A program made the position numbers and the translations under genes. The notes below the pieces were generated by a model, which was not told the DNA's origin, did not search any database, and saw only the letters and a list, made by a program, of their open reading frames with translations. This document shows positions 21,335 to 32,459 of a stretch of DNA of 64,000 nt, piece by piece. Source of the DNA: an uncultured delta proteobacterium (GTDB lineage: Bacteria; Desulfobacterota; Binatia; Binatales; Binataceae); NCBI GenBank assembly GCA_963808235.1, contig CAWEEQ010000004.1, forward strand, positions 3,200,001 through 3,264,000, read 5' to 3'. The stretch's first letter is position 1. Each line of letters starts with the position of its first letter.

Positions 21335-24082
21335 TTACACGTCCTTGAATTCGCGCTTTGACTGCGACGCCTCGATCGACGCTTGCGCCGCTGCGAGCCG
21401 CGCCACCGGAATCCGGTAGGGCGAACAAGACACGTAGTCGAGGCCGAGGCGATGACACAGCTTGACGCTGGCGGCGTCGCCACCGTGCTCGCCGCAAATG
21501 CCGATCTTCAGTTTGCGATTCGCCTTGCGCCCGCGCTCGATTGCGATTCGCATCAACTCGCCGACTCCGACCGGATCGAGTTCCTGGAACGGGTCCTTCT
21601 TGTAGATTCCGCGGTCAATGTAGTCGCCGAGGAATTTACCTGAATCGTCGCGCGAAATTCCGTAGGTCATCTGCGTCAGATCGTTGGTGCCGAATGAAAA
21701 GAACTCCGCGACCGCGCCGATCTGATCGGCTGTCACGCACGCGCGCGGCACTTCGATCATCGTGCCGATCGTGAACGACACCTTGAGCCCGCGCTCTTTG
21801 AACACCTCTGCCGCGACTTCGCGAATCTCGGCGGCCAGAATATCGAACTCTTTGCGCTCGCCGATTAGCGGCAGCATGATTTCGGGCATCGCTTTGACGC
21901 CCTGCTTGCGAAGCTGGCAGGCGGCTTCGATTATCGCGCGGGCCTGCGCCTTGTAAATCTCCGGGAAGCTGATTCCGAGCCGCGAGCCGCGATGACCCAG
22001 CATCGGATTGTTCTCGAACAGGCTCTGGCGCACTTGCTTCAGGTGTTCGAAGGTCGTGCCGATCTTCGCGGCGAGTTCGCGAATCTCCGAGTCTTCATGC
22101 GGCAGGAATTCGTGCAGCGGCGGATCGAGCAGCCGAATCGTTACTGGCAGACCCGCCATCTCTTTCAGGATTCCGACGAAGTCTTCGCGTTGCATCGGCA
22201 GAATCTTGGCGAGCGCGCGAGCCCGCTGCTGCGGGTTCTCGGCCATAATCATTTCCCGCATCGCCGAGATGCGCTCGGGATCGAAAAACATGTGCTCGGT
22301 CCGGCAGAGTCCGATTCCTCCGGCGCCGAATTCCCGAGCCACACGCGCGTCGTGCGGGGTGTCAGCGTTGGCGCGCACTCCAAGCTTGCGTTCGCTGTCG
22401 GCCCACAACAGAAATTTTTTGAAGAATGGCGGCATCTCGGGATCAACCGTCGGCACTCGTCCCTCGATCACTTCGCCCGCCGATCCGTCGAGCGTGATGT
22501 ACTCGCCGCGCCGGACTACTTTGCCGTCGGCAGCCATGGTGCCGGCCGCGTAGTCGATCTCCAGCGCCGAGCATCCGGCGACGCAACACTTGCCCATCCC
22601 GCGCGCCACCACTGCCGCGTGGCTGGTCATCCCGCCGCGAGCAGTTAAAATGCCCTCCGCCACCTGCATGCCCTGAATGTCTTCCGGCGAGGTCTCCAGG
22701 CGCACCAGGATCACCTTGCGCCCGGCCGCCGCGACAGCGACGGCTTCATCCGCCGAGAATACGACCTCGCCGTTGACCGCGCCCGGCGAAGCAGGAAGCC
22801 CGCGCGCGATCACGATCTTCTTCGCGGCGGGGTCGAGCCGCGGATGAAGAAACTGCTCGAGTTGTTCGGGCTCGACGCGCCGGAGCGCAGTTTTGCGATC
22901 GATCAACTTCTCGTCGGCCATATCGACAGCAATCCGCACTGCGGCTTGCGCCGTGCGCTTGCCGGTTCGCGTCTGCAGCATGAAGAGCCGATTGCGCTCG
23001 ATGGTGAATTCCATGTCCTGCGTGTCGCGGAAATGTTTCTCCAGCCGCGCCGAGATCTTCAGCAGCTCTTTGTAAACCGGGGGGAAACTCTCTTCGAGCG
23101 TCGGATAGTTTGCAGCGCGCTCCTGTTCGCTGATGTTCGAGCGCGCAGCCCACACCCGTCCCGCCTTGATACTGATCTGCCGGCCGGTGCGGATTCCGGC
23201 GACTACGTCCTCACCTTGCGCGTTGGGCAGGTACTCGCCGTAGATTCCCTTCTCGCCGGTGCCCGGATCGCGGGTGAACGCAACGCCAGTCGCGCAGTCC
23301 GAACCGAGGTTGCCGAACACCATCGACTGCACGGTGACCGCGGTGCCCCAATCGCCGGGGATATTGTTCATGCGCCGATATGCAATCGCCCGATCGTTGT
23401 GCCACGAGTCGAACACCGCGCCGATCGCCATCCAGAGCTGCTCTTTCGGATCCTGCGGGATGTCGCGGCCGACGCGCGATCGGATCAACTCGCGGAACTC
23501 GCCGACCAGTTCTTTCAAGTCCTCGACGCCGAGATCGGTATCCAGCTCGACGCCGCGCGCCGCCTTCTTGTGCTCGAGGATTTGCTCGAACGGATCGGGA
23601 TCGTTCTTGTTCTCCGGTTTCAGCTTGAGCACGACGTCGCCGAACATCTGGCAGAAGCGCCGATACGAATCCCACGCGAAGCGCGGATTCCCGCTGATTT
23701 GCTCGAGGCCCTTCACCGTTTCATCGGTGAGGCCCAGGTTCAGCACCGTGTCCATCATTCCCGGCATCGAGACGCGCGCTCCCGAGCGCACCGACACCAG
23801 CAACGGATTTTTCGCGTCGCCGAATTTGCGCCCGAGCGCTTTTTCGATTCTGACGACGCTCTTCGCGACGCCCTCAGCAAGGCCCTTCGGATACTTGTGG
23901 CTATGGTCGTAAAAGTAATTGCAGACCTGCGTCGATATCGTGAATCCGGGCGGCACCGGCAGCTTGAGAAGCGCCATCTCGGCCAGGTTGGCGCCTTTGC
24001 CGCCGAGCAGATTGCGCATCGCGGATCGTCCTTCCGCCACGCCCGCACCGAAAAAGTAGATCTCAGGATGAATGCGACCCAT
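21335..24082 (-). CDS. ppdK: Pyruvate, phosphate dikinase
   Basis: LGGKGANLAEM, SMPGMMDTVLNLG, GGMTSHAAVVAR, FSFGTNDLTQ, GICGEHGG. Confidence 0.98.
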   Translation of the reverse strand: MGRIHPEIYFFGAGVAEGRSAMRNLLGGKGANLAEMALLKLPVPPGFTISTQVCNYFYDHSHKYPKGLAEGVAKSVVRIEKALGRKFGDAKNPLLVSVRSGARVSMPGMMDTVLNLGLTDETVKGLEQISGNPRFAWDSYRRFCQMFGDVVLKLKPENKNDPDPFEQILEHKKAARGVELDTDLGVEDLKELVGEFRELIRSRVGRDIPQDPKEQLWMAIGAVFDSWHNDRAIAYRRMNNIPGDWGTAVTVQSMVFGNLGSDCATGVAFTRDPGTGEKGIYGEYLPNAQGEDVVAGIRTGRQISIKAGRVWAARSNISEQERAANYPTLEESFPPVYKELLKISARLEKHFRDTQDMEFTIERNRLFMLQTRTGKRTAQAAVRIAVDMADEKLIDRKTALRRVEPEQLEQFLHPRLDPAAKKIVIARGLPASPGAVNGEVVFSADEAVAVAAAGRKVILVRLETSPEDIQGMQVAEGILTARGGMTSHAAVVARGMGKCCVAGCSALEIDYAAGTMAADGKVVRRGEYITLDGSAGEVIEGRVPTVDPEMPPFFKKFLLWADSERKLGVRANADTPHDARVAREFGAGGIGLCRTEHMFFDPERISAMREMIMAENPQQRARALAKILPMQREDFVGILKEMAGLPVTIRLLDPPLHEFLPHEDSEIRELAAKIGTTFEHLKQVRQSLFENNPMLGHRGSRLGISFPEIYKAQARAIIEAACQLRKQGVKAMPEIMLPLIGERKEFDILAAEIREVAAEVFKERGLKVSFTIGTMIEVPRACVTADQIGAVAEFFSFGTNDLTQMTYGISRDDSGKFLGDYIDRGIYKKDPFQELDPVGVGELMRIAIERGRKANRKLKIGICGEHGGDAASVKLCHRLGLDYVSCSPYRIPVARLAAAQASIEASQSKREFKDV

Positions 24083-24155
24083 TTGAAACCGATGCTCTCC
24101 TCTCCCCGTCGCGGGGATTATTCAAAATAATCCGGTGTGACGATTGGCGCGTCCG

Positions 24156-25499
24156 CTAGCGCGTCCAGCCGATTCGATTGCTGACCTCTTCGACGAGCCG
24201 CGCGATCGGTACGCGCTCCTGCGTCATCGAGTCGCGATCGCGCAGCGTCACGGTATCGTCTTCCATCGTCTGATGATCGATCGTGACGCCATACGGCGTG
24301 CCGACTTCGTCCTGCCGTCGATAGCGCCGGCCGATTGAGCCCGCCTGGTCATACGCGACCGTGAAATGGCGCTTCAGCGCGTCGCGAATCGCGATCGCTT
24401 TCTCCGGCTGCCCCGCCTTACGAAGCAGCGGATAGACCGCGACCTTGATTGGCGCCAGCCGCGGATCGAGCCGCAGCACGATTCGCTCTTCGTTCTCGAC
24501 CACGTCCTCATCGTAAGCGTCGAGCATGAACGCGAGCATCGAGCGATCGACGCCGAGCGCCGGTTCGATCACCCACGGACGATAGCGCGCCTTCGCTTCC
24601 TCATCGAAGTACGTAAGGTCTTTGCCGCTGAACTTCGCGTGCTGATCGAGGTCGAAGCTGCCGCGCTTGGCGACGCCTTCGAGCTCGCCCCATCCGAACG
24701 GATACAGAAACTCGATGTCGGTGGTGCCGCTCGAATAGTGCGAGAGCTCATCGGTTGAATGCTCTCGTGCGCGCAAATGGTCGCGCTTGATCCCGTACTT
24801 GACGTGCCAGTTGAAGCGAAAATCGACCCAGTAGCGGTACCACTTTTCCTCCTCCGCTTGATCGGGACGAATGAAGAACTCCATCTCCATCTGCTCGAAC
24901 TCGCGGGTGCGGAAAATAAAATTCTCGGTGGTGATTTCGTTGCGGAAAGATTTTCCCTGCTGCGCGACGCCGAACGGCAGCTTCACCCGCTGCGTATCGA
25001 CGATATTGTCGAAGTTCGAAAAAATTCCCTGCGCCGTTTCCGGACGAAGATAAACCACCGACGCCGTTTCCTCGACCGGTCCCATGAAGGTCTTGAACAT
25101 CAGGTTGAAATTGCGCGCCTCCGAGAGCACGCCGCCGCATTCGGGACACTTGTCGCCCCGAACATGATCGGCGCGAAAGCGCAGCTTGCAGTTTTTGCAT
25201 TCGACCAGCGGGTCGGTGAAATTCTGCAGATGACCCGACGCTTCCCAGGTGCGCGGATGCTGAAAAATCGCGGAGTCCAGTCCGAGCATATCGCTGCGAT
25301 ACTGAACCATCTCGCGCCACCACGCTTCCTTGACGTTGCGTTTCAGCTCGACGCCCAGCGGTCCGTAGTCGAAGGTCGAACCGAGTCCCCCGTAAATGTC
25401 GCTGGTGGGAAAAACAATCCCTCGGCGCTTGCACAGGTTCACCAGTTTTTCCATCGTGACCGCGCGTTTGGTCACCGGCGATTCGTTTTCTGCGGACAA
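24156..25499 (-). CDS. glyQS: Glycine-tRNA ligase, alpha2 homodimeric type
   Basis: YLRPETAQG, GKSFRNEI, FRTREFEQME, IEPALGVDR, SIGRRYRRQDE. Confidence 0.97.
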   Translation of the reverse strand: MSAENESPVTKRAVTMEKLVNLCKRRGIVFPTSDIYGGLGSTFDYGPLGVELKRNVKEAWWREMVQYRSDMLGLDSAIFQHPRTWEASGHLQNFTDPLVECKNCKLRFRADHVRGDKCPECGGVLSEARNFNLMFKTFMGPVEETASVVYLRPETAQGIFSNFDNIVDTQRVKLPFGVAQQGKSFRNEITTENFIFRTREFEQMEMEFFIRPDQAEEEKWYRYWVDFRFNWHVKYGIKRDHLRAREHSTDELSHYSSGTTDIEFLYPFGWGELEGVAKRGSFDLDQHAKFSGKDLTYFDEEAKARYRPWVIEPALGVDRSMLAFMLDAYDEDVVENEERIVLRLDPRLAPIKVAVYPLLRKAGQPEKAIAIRDALKRHFTVAYDQAGSIGRRYRRQDEVGTPYGVTIDHQTMEDDTVTLRDRDSMTQERVPIARLVEEVSNRIGWTR

Positions 25500-25526
25500 A
25501 GACCCTCCTCGATCGGAAGCGTGCGT

Positions 25527-26063
25527 CTAGCCGAGGCTCACTATCTCGGCCGTCACCCTGCCACCATCATGTATTTCCAATATCGCAACCGTTCCCGGCA
25601 CGCCGACTAAATTGCGCGGCAGCGTCGCGCTGCCGGGATTTACGATCAGCGTCGCGCCGAAGCGCGTGACGCCCTCGACGTGGCTATGTCCCTGCACGAT
25701 CACATCCACCGGTCCGCCGAACTGCGTATCCATCGCGCGCGCGAACACTTCGTCGGAGGTCTCGTCAGGGGTCGGGATCGCGTGAACGAGCCCAATTCGC
25801 ACTCCCTCGACGTTCACCAAATGCGCCTCGCGGACGCGGTCGTCCGGGTCGAGGCGGAAGCGATGACCGTCGAGACCTTCGTCGCCGTTGCCGAGCGCCG
25901 CGATCACCGGCGCGATTTTTGCCAACTCATCGAGCACCCGATTCACGTACACGTCGCCCGCATGCATCACGAGGTCGATTCCGGCGAAGACTTCGAAAAC
26001 CTTTTCCGGAAGATGCTCGCAGGCTTCGGGAATATGAGTGTCAGAGATGAGGCCGATTCGCAT
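25527..26063 (-). CDS. YfcE/MJ0936 family metallophosphoesterase
   Basis: ISDTH, HAGD, GNGD, GHSH, NPGS. Confidence 0.9.
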   Translation of the reverse strand: MRIGLISDTHIPEACEHLPEKVFEVFAGIDLVMHAGDVYVNRVLDELAKIAPVIAALGNGDEGLDGHRFRLDPDDRVREAHLVNVEGVRIGLVHAIPTPDETSDEVFARAMDTQFGGPVDVIVQGHSHVEGVTRFGATLIVNPGSATLPRNLVGVPGTVAILEIHDGGRVTAEIVSLG

Positions 26064-26266
26064 TACGCCTTGATGCGGACGCTTTGGTCCGCCGATGCCG
26101 CAAACAGCGAAGCCTATCACGGACCGGAATCCCTCGCAATTTTGCTGTCGGGCGCTCGCATTTGGGATGTGGCCGTTTTCGCAATCCTCATGCTAGAAGC
26201 TAGTCGCAAGGTCCGGAGGCGGGCTTTCGGACGCGCCATCGCGCAACAGTCGGAGAGGATCACTCT

Positions 26267-26623
26267 ATGCGAATTTCGACACTCGTCATCTGCGCGTTCG
26301 TTATTGGAGGTGCCCTGGCGCTCGCAGGATGCGGTCACAGACTGGTCGCGCACAACGGTGAGAGCACCGTCGCCGTATATCCCGACGAAAACACGTTCGC
26401 GAAACTCGCCGACTTGAAGCGCCAGGGACCGATCGGCGGAGCAATCGGAAGTCTCGGCGAAGGATTGGCCACCAAGCAAGTCGATAACAACACACCGGTG
26501 CGAATCATCAACAGCGACGACCGTGGCGCGCAAGTCGAGATCCTCGACGGCGCATTCAAGGGCATGCACGGCTTCGTTCCCAAAGACAACCTGGGCCCGT
26601 CGATCAGCTTTTCATACCCCTGA
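26267..26623 (+). CDS. Hypothetical lipoprotein, possibly SH3-like
   Basis: Lipobox LAGC after a hydrophobic stretch; C-terminal VEILDG...GFVP beta pattern; GAGG RBS. Confidence 0.7.
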   Translation: MRISTLVICAFVIGGALALAGCGHRLVAHNGESTVAVYPDENTFAKLADLKRQGPIGGAIGSLGEGLATKQVDNNTPVRIINSDDRGAQVEILDGAFKGMHGFVPKDNLGPSISFSYP

Positions 26624-26686
26624 ACTATAACTGTTTCGCTTGAAACATTCGCGTCCAGACCCCAGCACACAAGCTGCCCTTGCGTA

Positions 26687-27940
26687 TCACGACGCGGCGC
26701 GATACTCGCGCGGGCTCGATCCAATCACGCCGAGGCGCTCGAGTTCCGCGATCTCTTCGTCGCTCATCGCGAGCATCTCGCGAAACACTTGACGGTTGTG
26801 CTCGCCGAGGAGCGGCGCTGGAGAGTCGGCACGCAGCGGAGTCTCGCCCATCCGCGCAACCGGTCCGGGGTAGAGATGCGTCCCGACCACGGCGCGCTCG
26901 ATGGCGACGAAATACTCGCGGCTTTGAATTTGCGGATCGCCCATCACCGCCGGCGCCGAGTTGACCGGAGCGGCTAGCACTCCGCTCGCGCGGATACGCG
27001 CTACCGATTCGTCCGGATTCATTTGCGCGAGAACGCGCGACAATTCGGCATTGAGCGCGTCCTCGTTGGCTTTACGGGATTGCGCATCGGCGAACCGTTT
27101 GTCATCGCGCATTTGATCCAGCGCAAGCGCGCTCGCCAGGCTGCGCCACTGCTCGTCAGTCTCGCATGCGAGCGCGATCCAATTGTCGTCGCCATCGCAT
27201 CGAAAAATTCCGTGCGGCGCGTGCACGGGATGACGATTGCCGCGCGACGGCGGCGCCTTGCCGGTAAACTGATACTCCAAAATTCCCTCGGCGACGAACG
27301 GTATCAGCGCCTCGACTTGCGCGAGCTCGACCAGCTGGCCGCGTCCGCTGCGCTCACGCTCTCTCAGCGCCACCATCAGCGCGAATACGCCATGCAGTCC
27401 CGCGACCGGATCGCCGAGCGCATTGCTTAGCGTGTAATGCTGGCCGTTGCCGTCGTGGTAGCCGGTCAACCCGGTCACGCCGGCCATCGCCTCGACGGTG
27501 TTGCCATAGCCGCGCGCGTTCGCCTCGGGTCCATCGCTTCCGAACGACGGCATCGAGATCATGATCATCCGCGGATTGATCGCGCTCACCGCGTCGTAGC
27601 CGAGTCCGAGCCGGTCCATCACGCCCGGGCTGAAGTTCTCGATGAGCAGGTCTGAAACTTTGATCAACCGTTCGAGAATTTCGATTCCACGCATTTCCGC
27701 GAGGTCGAGCGTGATACCCCGCTTGCCCCGGTTGGCAGTGTTGAAGACCGCCGCGCGCTCTATAGGCTGCATCTCGGGCGGCGCCATGGAAAGCGATCCG
27801 CGCCACCAGTCAAAATGATTGGTGTCCTCGACTTTGATTACGTCGGCGCCCATCTCCGCGAACATCTGCCCGACCAGCGGCCCCGCCCATCCCATCGAGA
27901 GGTCGAGCACCTTCAGCTTTGCGTCGAAAATCGTGTTCAT
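26687..27940 (-). CDS. CaiB/BaiF family III CoA-transferase (catalytic Asp present)
   Basis: VLDLSMGWAGP, NRGKRGITLD, ENFSPG, ALGDP, APLLGEHN. Confidence 0.92.
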   Translation of the reverse strand: MNTIFDAKLKVLDLSMGWAGPLVGQMFAEMGADVIKVEDTNHFDWWRGSLSMAPPEMQPIERAAVFNTANRGKRGITLDLAEMRGIEILERLIKVSDLLIENFSPGVMDRLGLGYDAVSAINPRMIMISMPSFGSDGPEANARGYGNTVEAMAGVTGLTGYHDGNGQHYTLSNALGDPVAGLHGVFALMVALRERERSGRGQLVELAQVEALIPFVAEGILEYQFTGKAPPSRGNRHPVHAPHGIFRCDGDDNWIALACETDEQWRSLASALALDQMRDDKRFADAQSRKANEDALNAELSRVLAQMNPDESVARIRASGVLAAPVNSAPAVMGDPQIQSREYFVAIERAVVGTHLYPGPVARMGETPLRADSPAPLLGEHNRQVFREMLAMSDEEIAELERLGVIGSSPREYRAAS

Positions 27941-29136
27941 ATGATGCCCGCCTGCTCGAGCGCTCTGATTTCCGCGTCGCTTTGCTTCAGGCGGCCGCCA
28001 AATATTTCGCGATTGTGCTCGCCCAGCCGCGGCGCGGGCCGCGACGGCTCCGCGCGATGCGAGGTCAGGCGAAGCGGCGTGCCCGGCACCCGAATCTTCC
28101 CGAGCATTGGATCGTCGATCGTCTCGAAGTAGTTGCGCGCGCGGGTCTGCTCCCATTCGAGCACTTCTCCGACGCTCGGAATCGGCACCAGCGGAATCGC
28201 GCGCCGCTGGCCTTCGCGATAGAGCCACCGACGCTCATGCGCGAGGAAAAACGGCTCGACGATTTCGAGCAAGGCGTCGTTGTTGAGCATTCGATTGAGC
28301 GCAGTGTTGAAGCGCGGTTCGGAAGCCAGTTCGCGGCGCTCCATCAGATCGCACAGTCCTTCGAATTGTTTGTCGGTCACGCAATGCAGCCCGGCGTATC
28401 CGTCCTTGCACTTGAGCGTCACGATCAAAAACGGACCGACCGCGAAACGTTTGCCCGCGCGGCTGCGCAGCACCCCCGAGTACTGAAACGTGACGGTCTC
28501 GTAAATCATCGTGGCTACGGTCGCTTCGAGGATCGAGACGTCGATATGCTGGCCGCGGCCAAGCCCGAGGTCGCGCGCCGCAAGCGCTTGCATCGCGCCG
28601 ATCGCTCCATACAGCGCGCTCACGTATTGCGCGAGCGACCCCGGCGGTGTCAGAGGTTCGCGGTCGCGCTCGCCAACCGGGAATGTCCATCCGCCGCGCG
28701 CGAACAGGACCAGGTCGTTCAGCCGTCCATCGCGCTCGGGGCCGTCCTGCCCGAAGTTCGAGATCGAAACAATTGATAGTTTCGGAAACTTTTCGATTAA
28801 CTCGTCGGGCGCCAGTCCGAGCGCGGCGAGCGTGCCGGGCGCGAAGTTTTCGATCAGAAGATCGGCGTCTTCGAGCAGCGCGCGGATCAGTTCGCGGCCG
28901 CGGGGATGCTTCAAGTTCAGCGTGACGCCCCGCTTGTTCAAATTCAGGAACGCGAACAAGTCGCCACGATCGCTTGAGCCGCGATCCGATCCAGGTTTCC
29001 TTCCGCCTTCACCCATTGGCGGCTCGACCTTGATCACATCGGCGCCCATGTCGGCGAGCAGCTTGGTCGCGTAAGGACCCGCGATGAAGTGAGTGAGATC
29101 GACGACCTTAACGTCGCTGAGTGCGCTGTATCGCAT
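27937..29136 (-). CDS. CaiB/BaiF family III CoA-transferase (Asp position replaced)
   Basis: VDLTHFIAGP, NLNKRGVTL, ENFAPG, APRLGEHN; SLAQY at the usual catalytic Asp position. Start may be 29181. Confidence 0.9.
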   Translation of the reverse strand: MRYSALSDVKVVDLTHFIAGPYATKLLADMGADVIKVEPPMGEGGRKPGSDRGSSDRGDLFAFLNLNKRGVTLNLKHPRGRELIRALLEDADLLIENFAPGTLAALGLAPDELIEKFPKLSIVSISNFGQDGPERDGRLNDLVLFARGGWTFPVGERDREPLTPPGSLAQYVSALYGAIGAMQALAARDLGLGRGQHIDVSILEATVATMIYETVTFQYSGVLRSRAGKRFAVGPFLIVTLKCKDGYAGLHCVTDKQFEGLCDLMERRELASEPRFNTALNRMLNNDALLEIVEPFFLAHERRWLYREGQRRAIPLVPIPSVGEVLEWEQTRARNYFETIDDPMLGKIRVPGTPLRLTSHRAEPSRPAPRLGEHNREIFGGRLKQSDAEIRALEQAGII

Positions 29137-29209
29137 GGCGTTATCGACGCGATTCGAGCGCATCGCGCCGCGCGCTGTCAAACGCGAGGCCCGAGTCGCA
29201 TCCTGCCGC

Positions 29210-29833
29210 TCAGACCTTCGGCACTTCCATCCCCTTTTTCACCGCGCGACGCGCGCCGATCGCCGAGATCCATCGCGCAACGTTTGCACCCTCGCCGACC
29301 ACATCGGGCTTCGCGGCCTTGAGCAGGTTGAATCCAACGGCCAGCCATGGGTAGTTGGCGATGTCCGCGATCGAGTAGTCGCCCGCGACATATTCAGTGC
29401 GTCCGAGTTGATCGTCGAGCACTTTGATCAGCCGCGCCGACTCGGTCATGTAGCGATCGATCGCATATGGAATCTTCTCGGGCGCCTGGTTAGCGAAATG
29501 ATTTACCTGCCCGAACATCGGCCCCACATTCGCCATCTGCCAGAACAACCACTCGAGCACTTTGGCACGGACCGGCTCTTTTGACGGGAGAAACTTGCCA
29601 GTCTTCTCCGCGAGATAGACGAGTATCGCGCCCGATTCGAATATCGAGAGGCCCGAGTCGCGGTCCACGATCGCCGGGATTTTGCTGTTCGGACAAATCT
29701 TCACAAACTCAGGCTTGAACTGATCGCCGTCGCGGATGTTCACGGGATGAACCGAGTACCCGAGCCCGCACTCTTCGAGCATCACGGAAACTTTGCGTCC
29801 GTTGGGTGTCGTCCAGGTGTAGAGATCGATCAT
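29210..29833 (-). CDS. Glutathione S-transferase, YfcG-like
   Basis: MIDLYTWTTPNG, PNSKIPAI, FESGAIL, YSIADIA. Confidence 0.93.
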   Translation of the reverse strand: MIDLYTWTTPNGRKVSVMLEECGLGYSVHPVNIRDGDQFKPEFVKICPNSKIPAIVDRDSGLSIFESGAILVYLAEKTGKFLPSKEPVRAKVLEWLFWQMANVGPMFGQVNHFANQAPEKIPYAIDRYMTESARLIKVLDDQLGRTEYVAGDYSIADIANYPWLAVGFNLLKAAKPDVVGEGANVARWISAIGARRAVKKGMEVPKV

Positions 29834-29957
29834 GATTTCTTCCTTCGGCTTTCGATGAGAGGGTTGGACTTTCAGCGTATCAGAGCCATTATTGCGTTAC
29901 CGCGCGAGCGAACCAATACGAAATCGTGTCGTGCGCTGTCTTTTCGAGGAGAACCAT

Positions 29958-31187
29958 ATGCAAAGTGTCGCCGAGATTGAAGCCAGTCCGGAAGTTCAGG
30001 ATCTGCGCAACCGGGTTTCCGGATTTTTGAACGAGCTCATTTACCCCAACGAAAAAATTCTTGAGAAGGGTGACGCGGAATCGTCGCGCACGTTGAAACA
30101 GATACAGGCCGAGGCGAAAAAGCGCGGCTTGTGGGCGCTCGGCTTGCCCAAGGATATCGGCGGCGGCGGACTCGGGTTCATGCCGTACGTGTTCGTGAAC
30201 GAGATCGTCGGACGCAGCGAGTATGCGATCGTCGGTCTCGGCACCCATTCCGCGCAAGACGCCACGATGCTCAATCTGTACGCGCATCCCGATCAGAGAA
30301 AGCGTTGGCTCGCGCCGCTGGTCAATGGCGATATTTATCCGAGCTTCTCGATGACCGAACCTGAAGTCTCGGGCGCCGATCCGACCGGGCTGCGCACGCG
30401 CGCAGTGCAGCATGGCGACGAATGGGTGATCAACGGCCACAAGTGGTTCACCAGCGGCGCCAACGTCGCCGCGTTTTCCACCGTGATGTGCGTGACCGAG
30501 CCCGACGCGCCGGTGCACGAACGCTTCAGCATGATAATCGTGCCGACCGACACCAAGGGGTACGAGATCGTGCGCGCGGTCCCGGTGATGGGCGAGACGT
30601 CGGGCGGCCATTGTGAGATCAAGTACAACGACGTGCGGGTACCACTGACCAACCTGTTGGGACCGCGCGGGCAGGCGTTCAAAATCGCGCAGCAGCGGCT
30701 CGGGCCGGGGCGGATTTATCATTGCATGCGATGGCTCGGGCAGGCGCAGCGCGCGTTCGAACTGATGGTCGATCGAGCGATTAACCGGCAGGCATTCGGC
30801 GGCCCGCTCTCCGACAAGCAGACGATTCAGAACTGGATTGCGGACTCCGCCGCCGAGATCCAGGCCTCGCGATTGCTGACCCTCAATGCGGCGGCGAAGA
30901 TCGACGCCGGCGACGAAGCGCGCGTCGAGATATCACTGATTAAGTTTTTCGGCGCGAAAGTCCTCCACGACGTGATCGATCGCGCAATCCAGGTGCATGG
31001 CGCGATGGGCGTGTCGGAAGATACTCCGCTCGCCCGGATGTACCGTCATGCGCGATTTGCCCGAATCTACGACGGTCCCGACGAAGTGCATCGGATGGTC
31101 GTGTCGCGGCGAATCGTGAGCGAGTTCAAAAAGGGCCGCAAGTGGGACTTCGGCCGGGGAATCGCGCGCAACGGAAAAAAGAACTGA
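29958..31187 (+). CDS. Acyl-CoA dehydrogenase
   Basis: FSMTEPEVSGAD, INGHKWF, RLGPGRIYHCMR, IQVHGAMG, RIYDGPDEVH; GAGGAG RBS. Confidence 0.93.
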   Translation: MQSVAEIEASPEVQDLRNRVSGFLNELIYPNEKILEKGDAESSRTLKQIQAEAKKRGLWALGLPKDIGGGGLGFMPYVFVNEIVGRSEYAIVGLGTHSAQDATMLNLYAHPDQRKRWLAPLVNGDIYPSFSMTEPEVSGADPTGLRTRAVQHGDEWVINGHKWFTSGANVAAFSTVMCVTEPDAPVHERFSMIIVPTDTKGYEIVRAVPVMGETSGGHCEIKYNDVRVPLTNLLGPRGQAFKIAQQRLGPGRIYHCMRWLGQAQRAFELMVDRAINRQAFGGPLSDKQTIQNWIADSAAEIQASRLLTLNAAAKIDAGDEARVEISLIKFFGAKVLHDVIDRAIQVHGAMGVSEDTPLARMYRHARFARIYDGPDEVHRMVVSRRIVSEFKKGRKWDFGRGIARNGKKN

Positions 31188-31202
31188 AGCCTGTCGTGCC
31201 GG

Positions 31203-31813
<611 letters not shown>

Positions 31814-31861
31814 TTACCATTCTCCTCGGATGCCGGCGGTTCAAGCCCCCGGTGCGCGTCG

Positions 31862-32266
31862 CTAATTTGCAAAGAAGACCTCCCGCGCATGATTGGTGTC
31901 GCAATACTCGCGCACCTCGGCAATCTTGTCGCCGGCGAAACGGAGATAGAAGTGATAGCGGTTGTTGTACTTCTTGCCGTTCGCCGCGGTCGCATTCGAT
32001 TCGGCCTGGACCGCGCAATGGTCGCCTTCGCAAATCACCGTGTCGAACTTGAGACTCAGGCCCCCTGGCATCAGCGCCTTCAGCGTCCCGGCAAGAGTCT
32101 TGATCCCTTCATGCCCTCTGATCGGCGGGAAACCCTCCATCCGAGTCATCACCTTCCATTCGAAATCGCTCGCGACCATCGTGGCGAGCCTGACGGGATC
32201 CGGATCCGCGAACTCACCTAGAAAGTTGAGGGCCAATTCTTTTCTTTCGGCTGGCGTCATGGGCAT
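31862..32266 (-). CDS. SnoaL-like / NTF2 family protein
   Basis: EGDHCAV, GKKYNNRY, IAEVREYCDT; GAGGAGG RBS favours the start at 32260. Confidence 0.88.
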   Translation of the reverse strand: MPMTPAERKELALNFLGEFADPDPVRLATMVASDFEWKVMTRMEGFPPIRGHEGIKTLAGTLKALMPGGLSLKFDTVICEGDHCAVQAESNATAANGKKYNNRYHFYLRFAGDKIAEVREYCDTNHAREVFFAN

Positions 32267-32335
32267 CCTCCTCTGAGACTACAGATACCTAATCAAACCA
32301 GCGAGAGTCCGCCAACACACGCCGCCCAGTCGTGT

Positions 32336-32352
32336 CGCAAGCGCGATGCCAA
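32336..32352 (-). promoter_or_regulatory. Sigma54 (-24/-12) promoter candidate
   Basis: Minus strand TTGGCATCGCGCTTGCG with exact GG-N10-GC spacing, about 75 bp upstream of the SnoaL-like gene. Confidence 0.65.
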
Positions 32353-32459
32353 CTGGAGCGAGCCGCGCGATGCGCTTTCTCGCGTCATCGGCTGGTCCAA
32401 GGTTGGAGCATTGTTCGCTTCGATGCCCACATCGCAGGCTACCGATTAGCCAATAGGCA

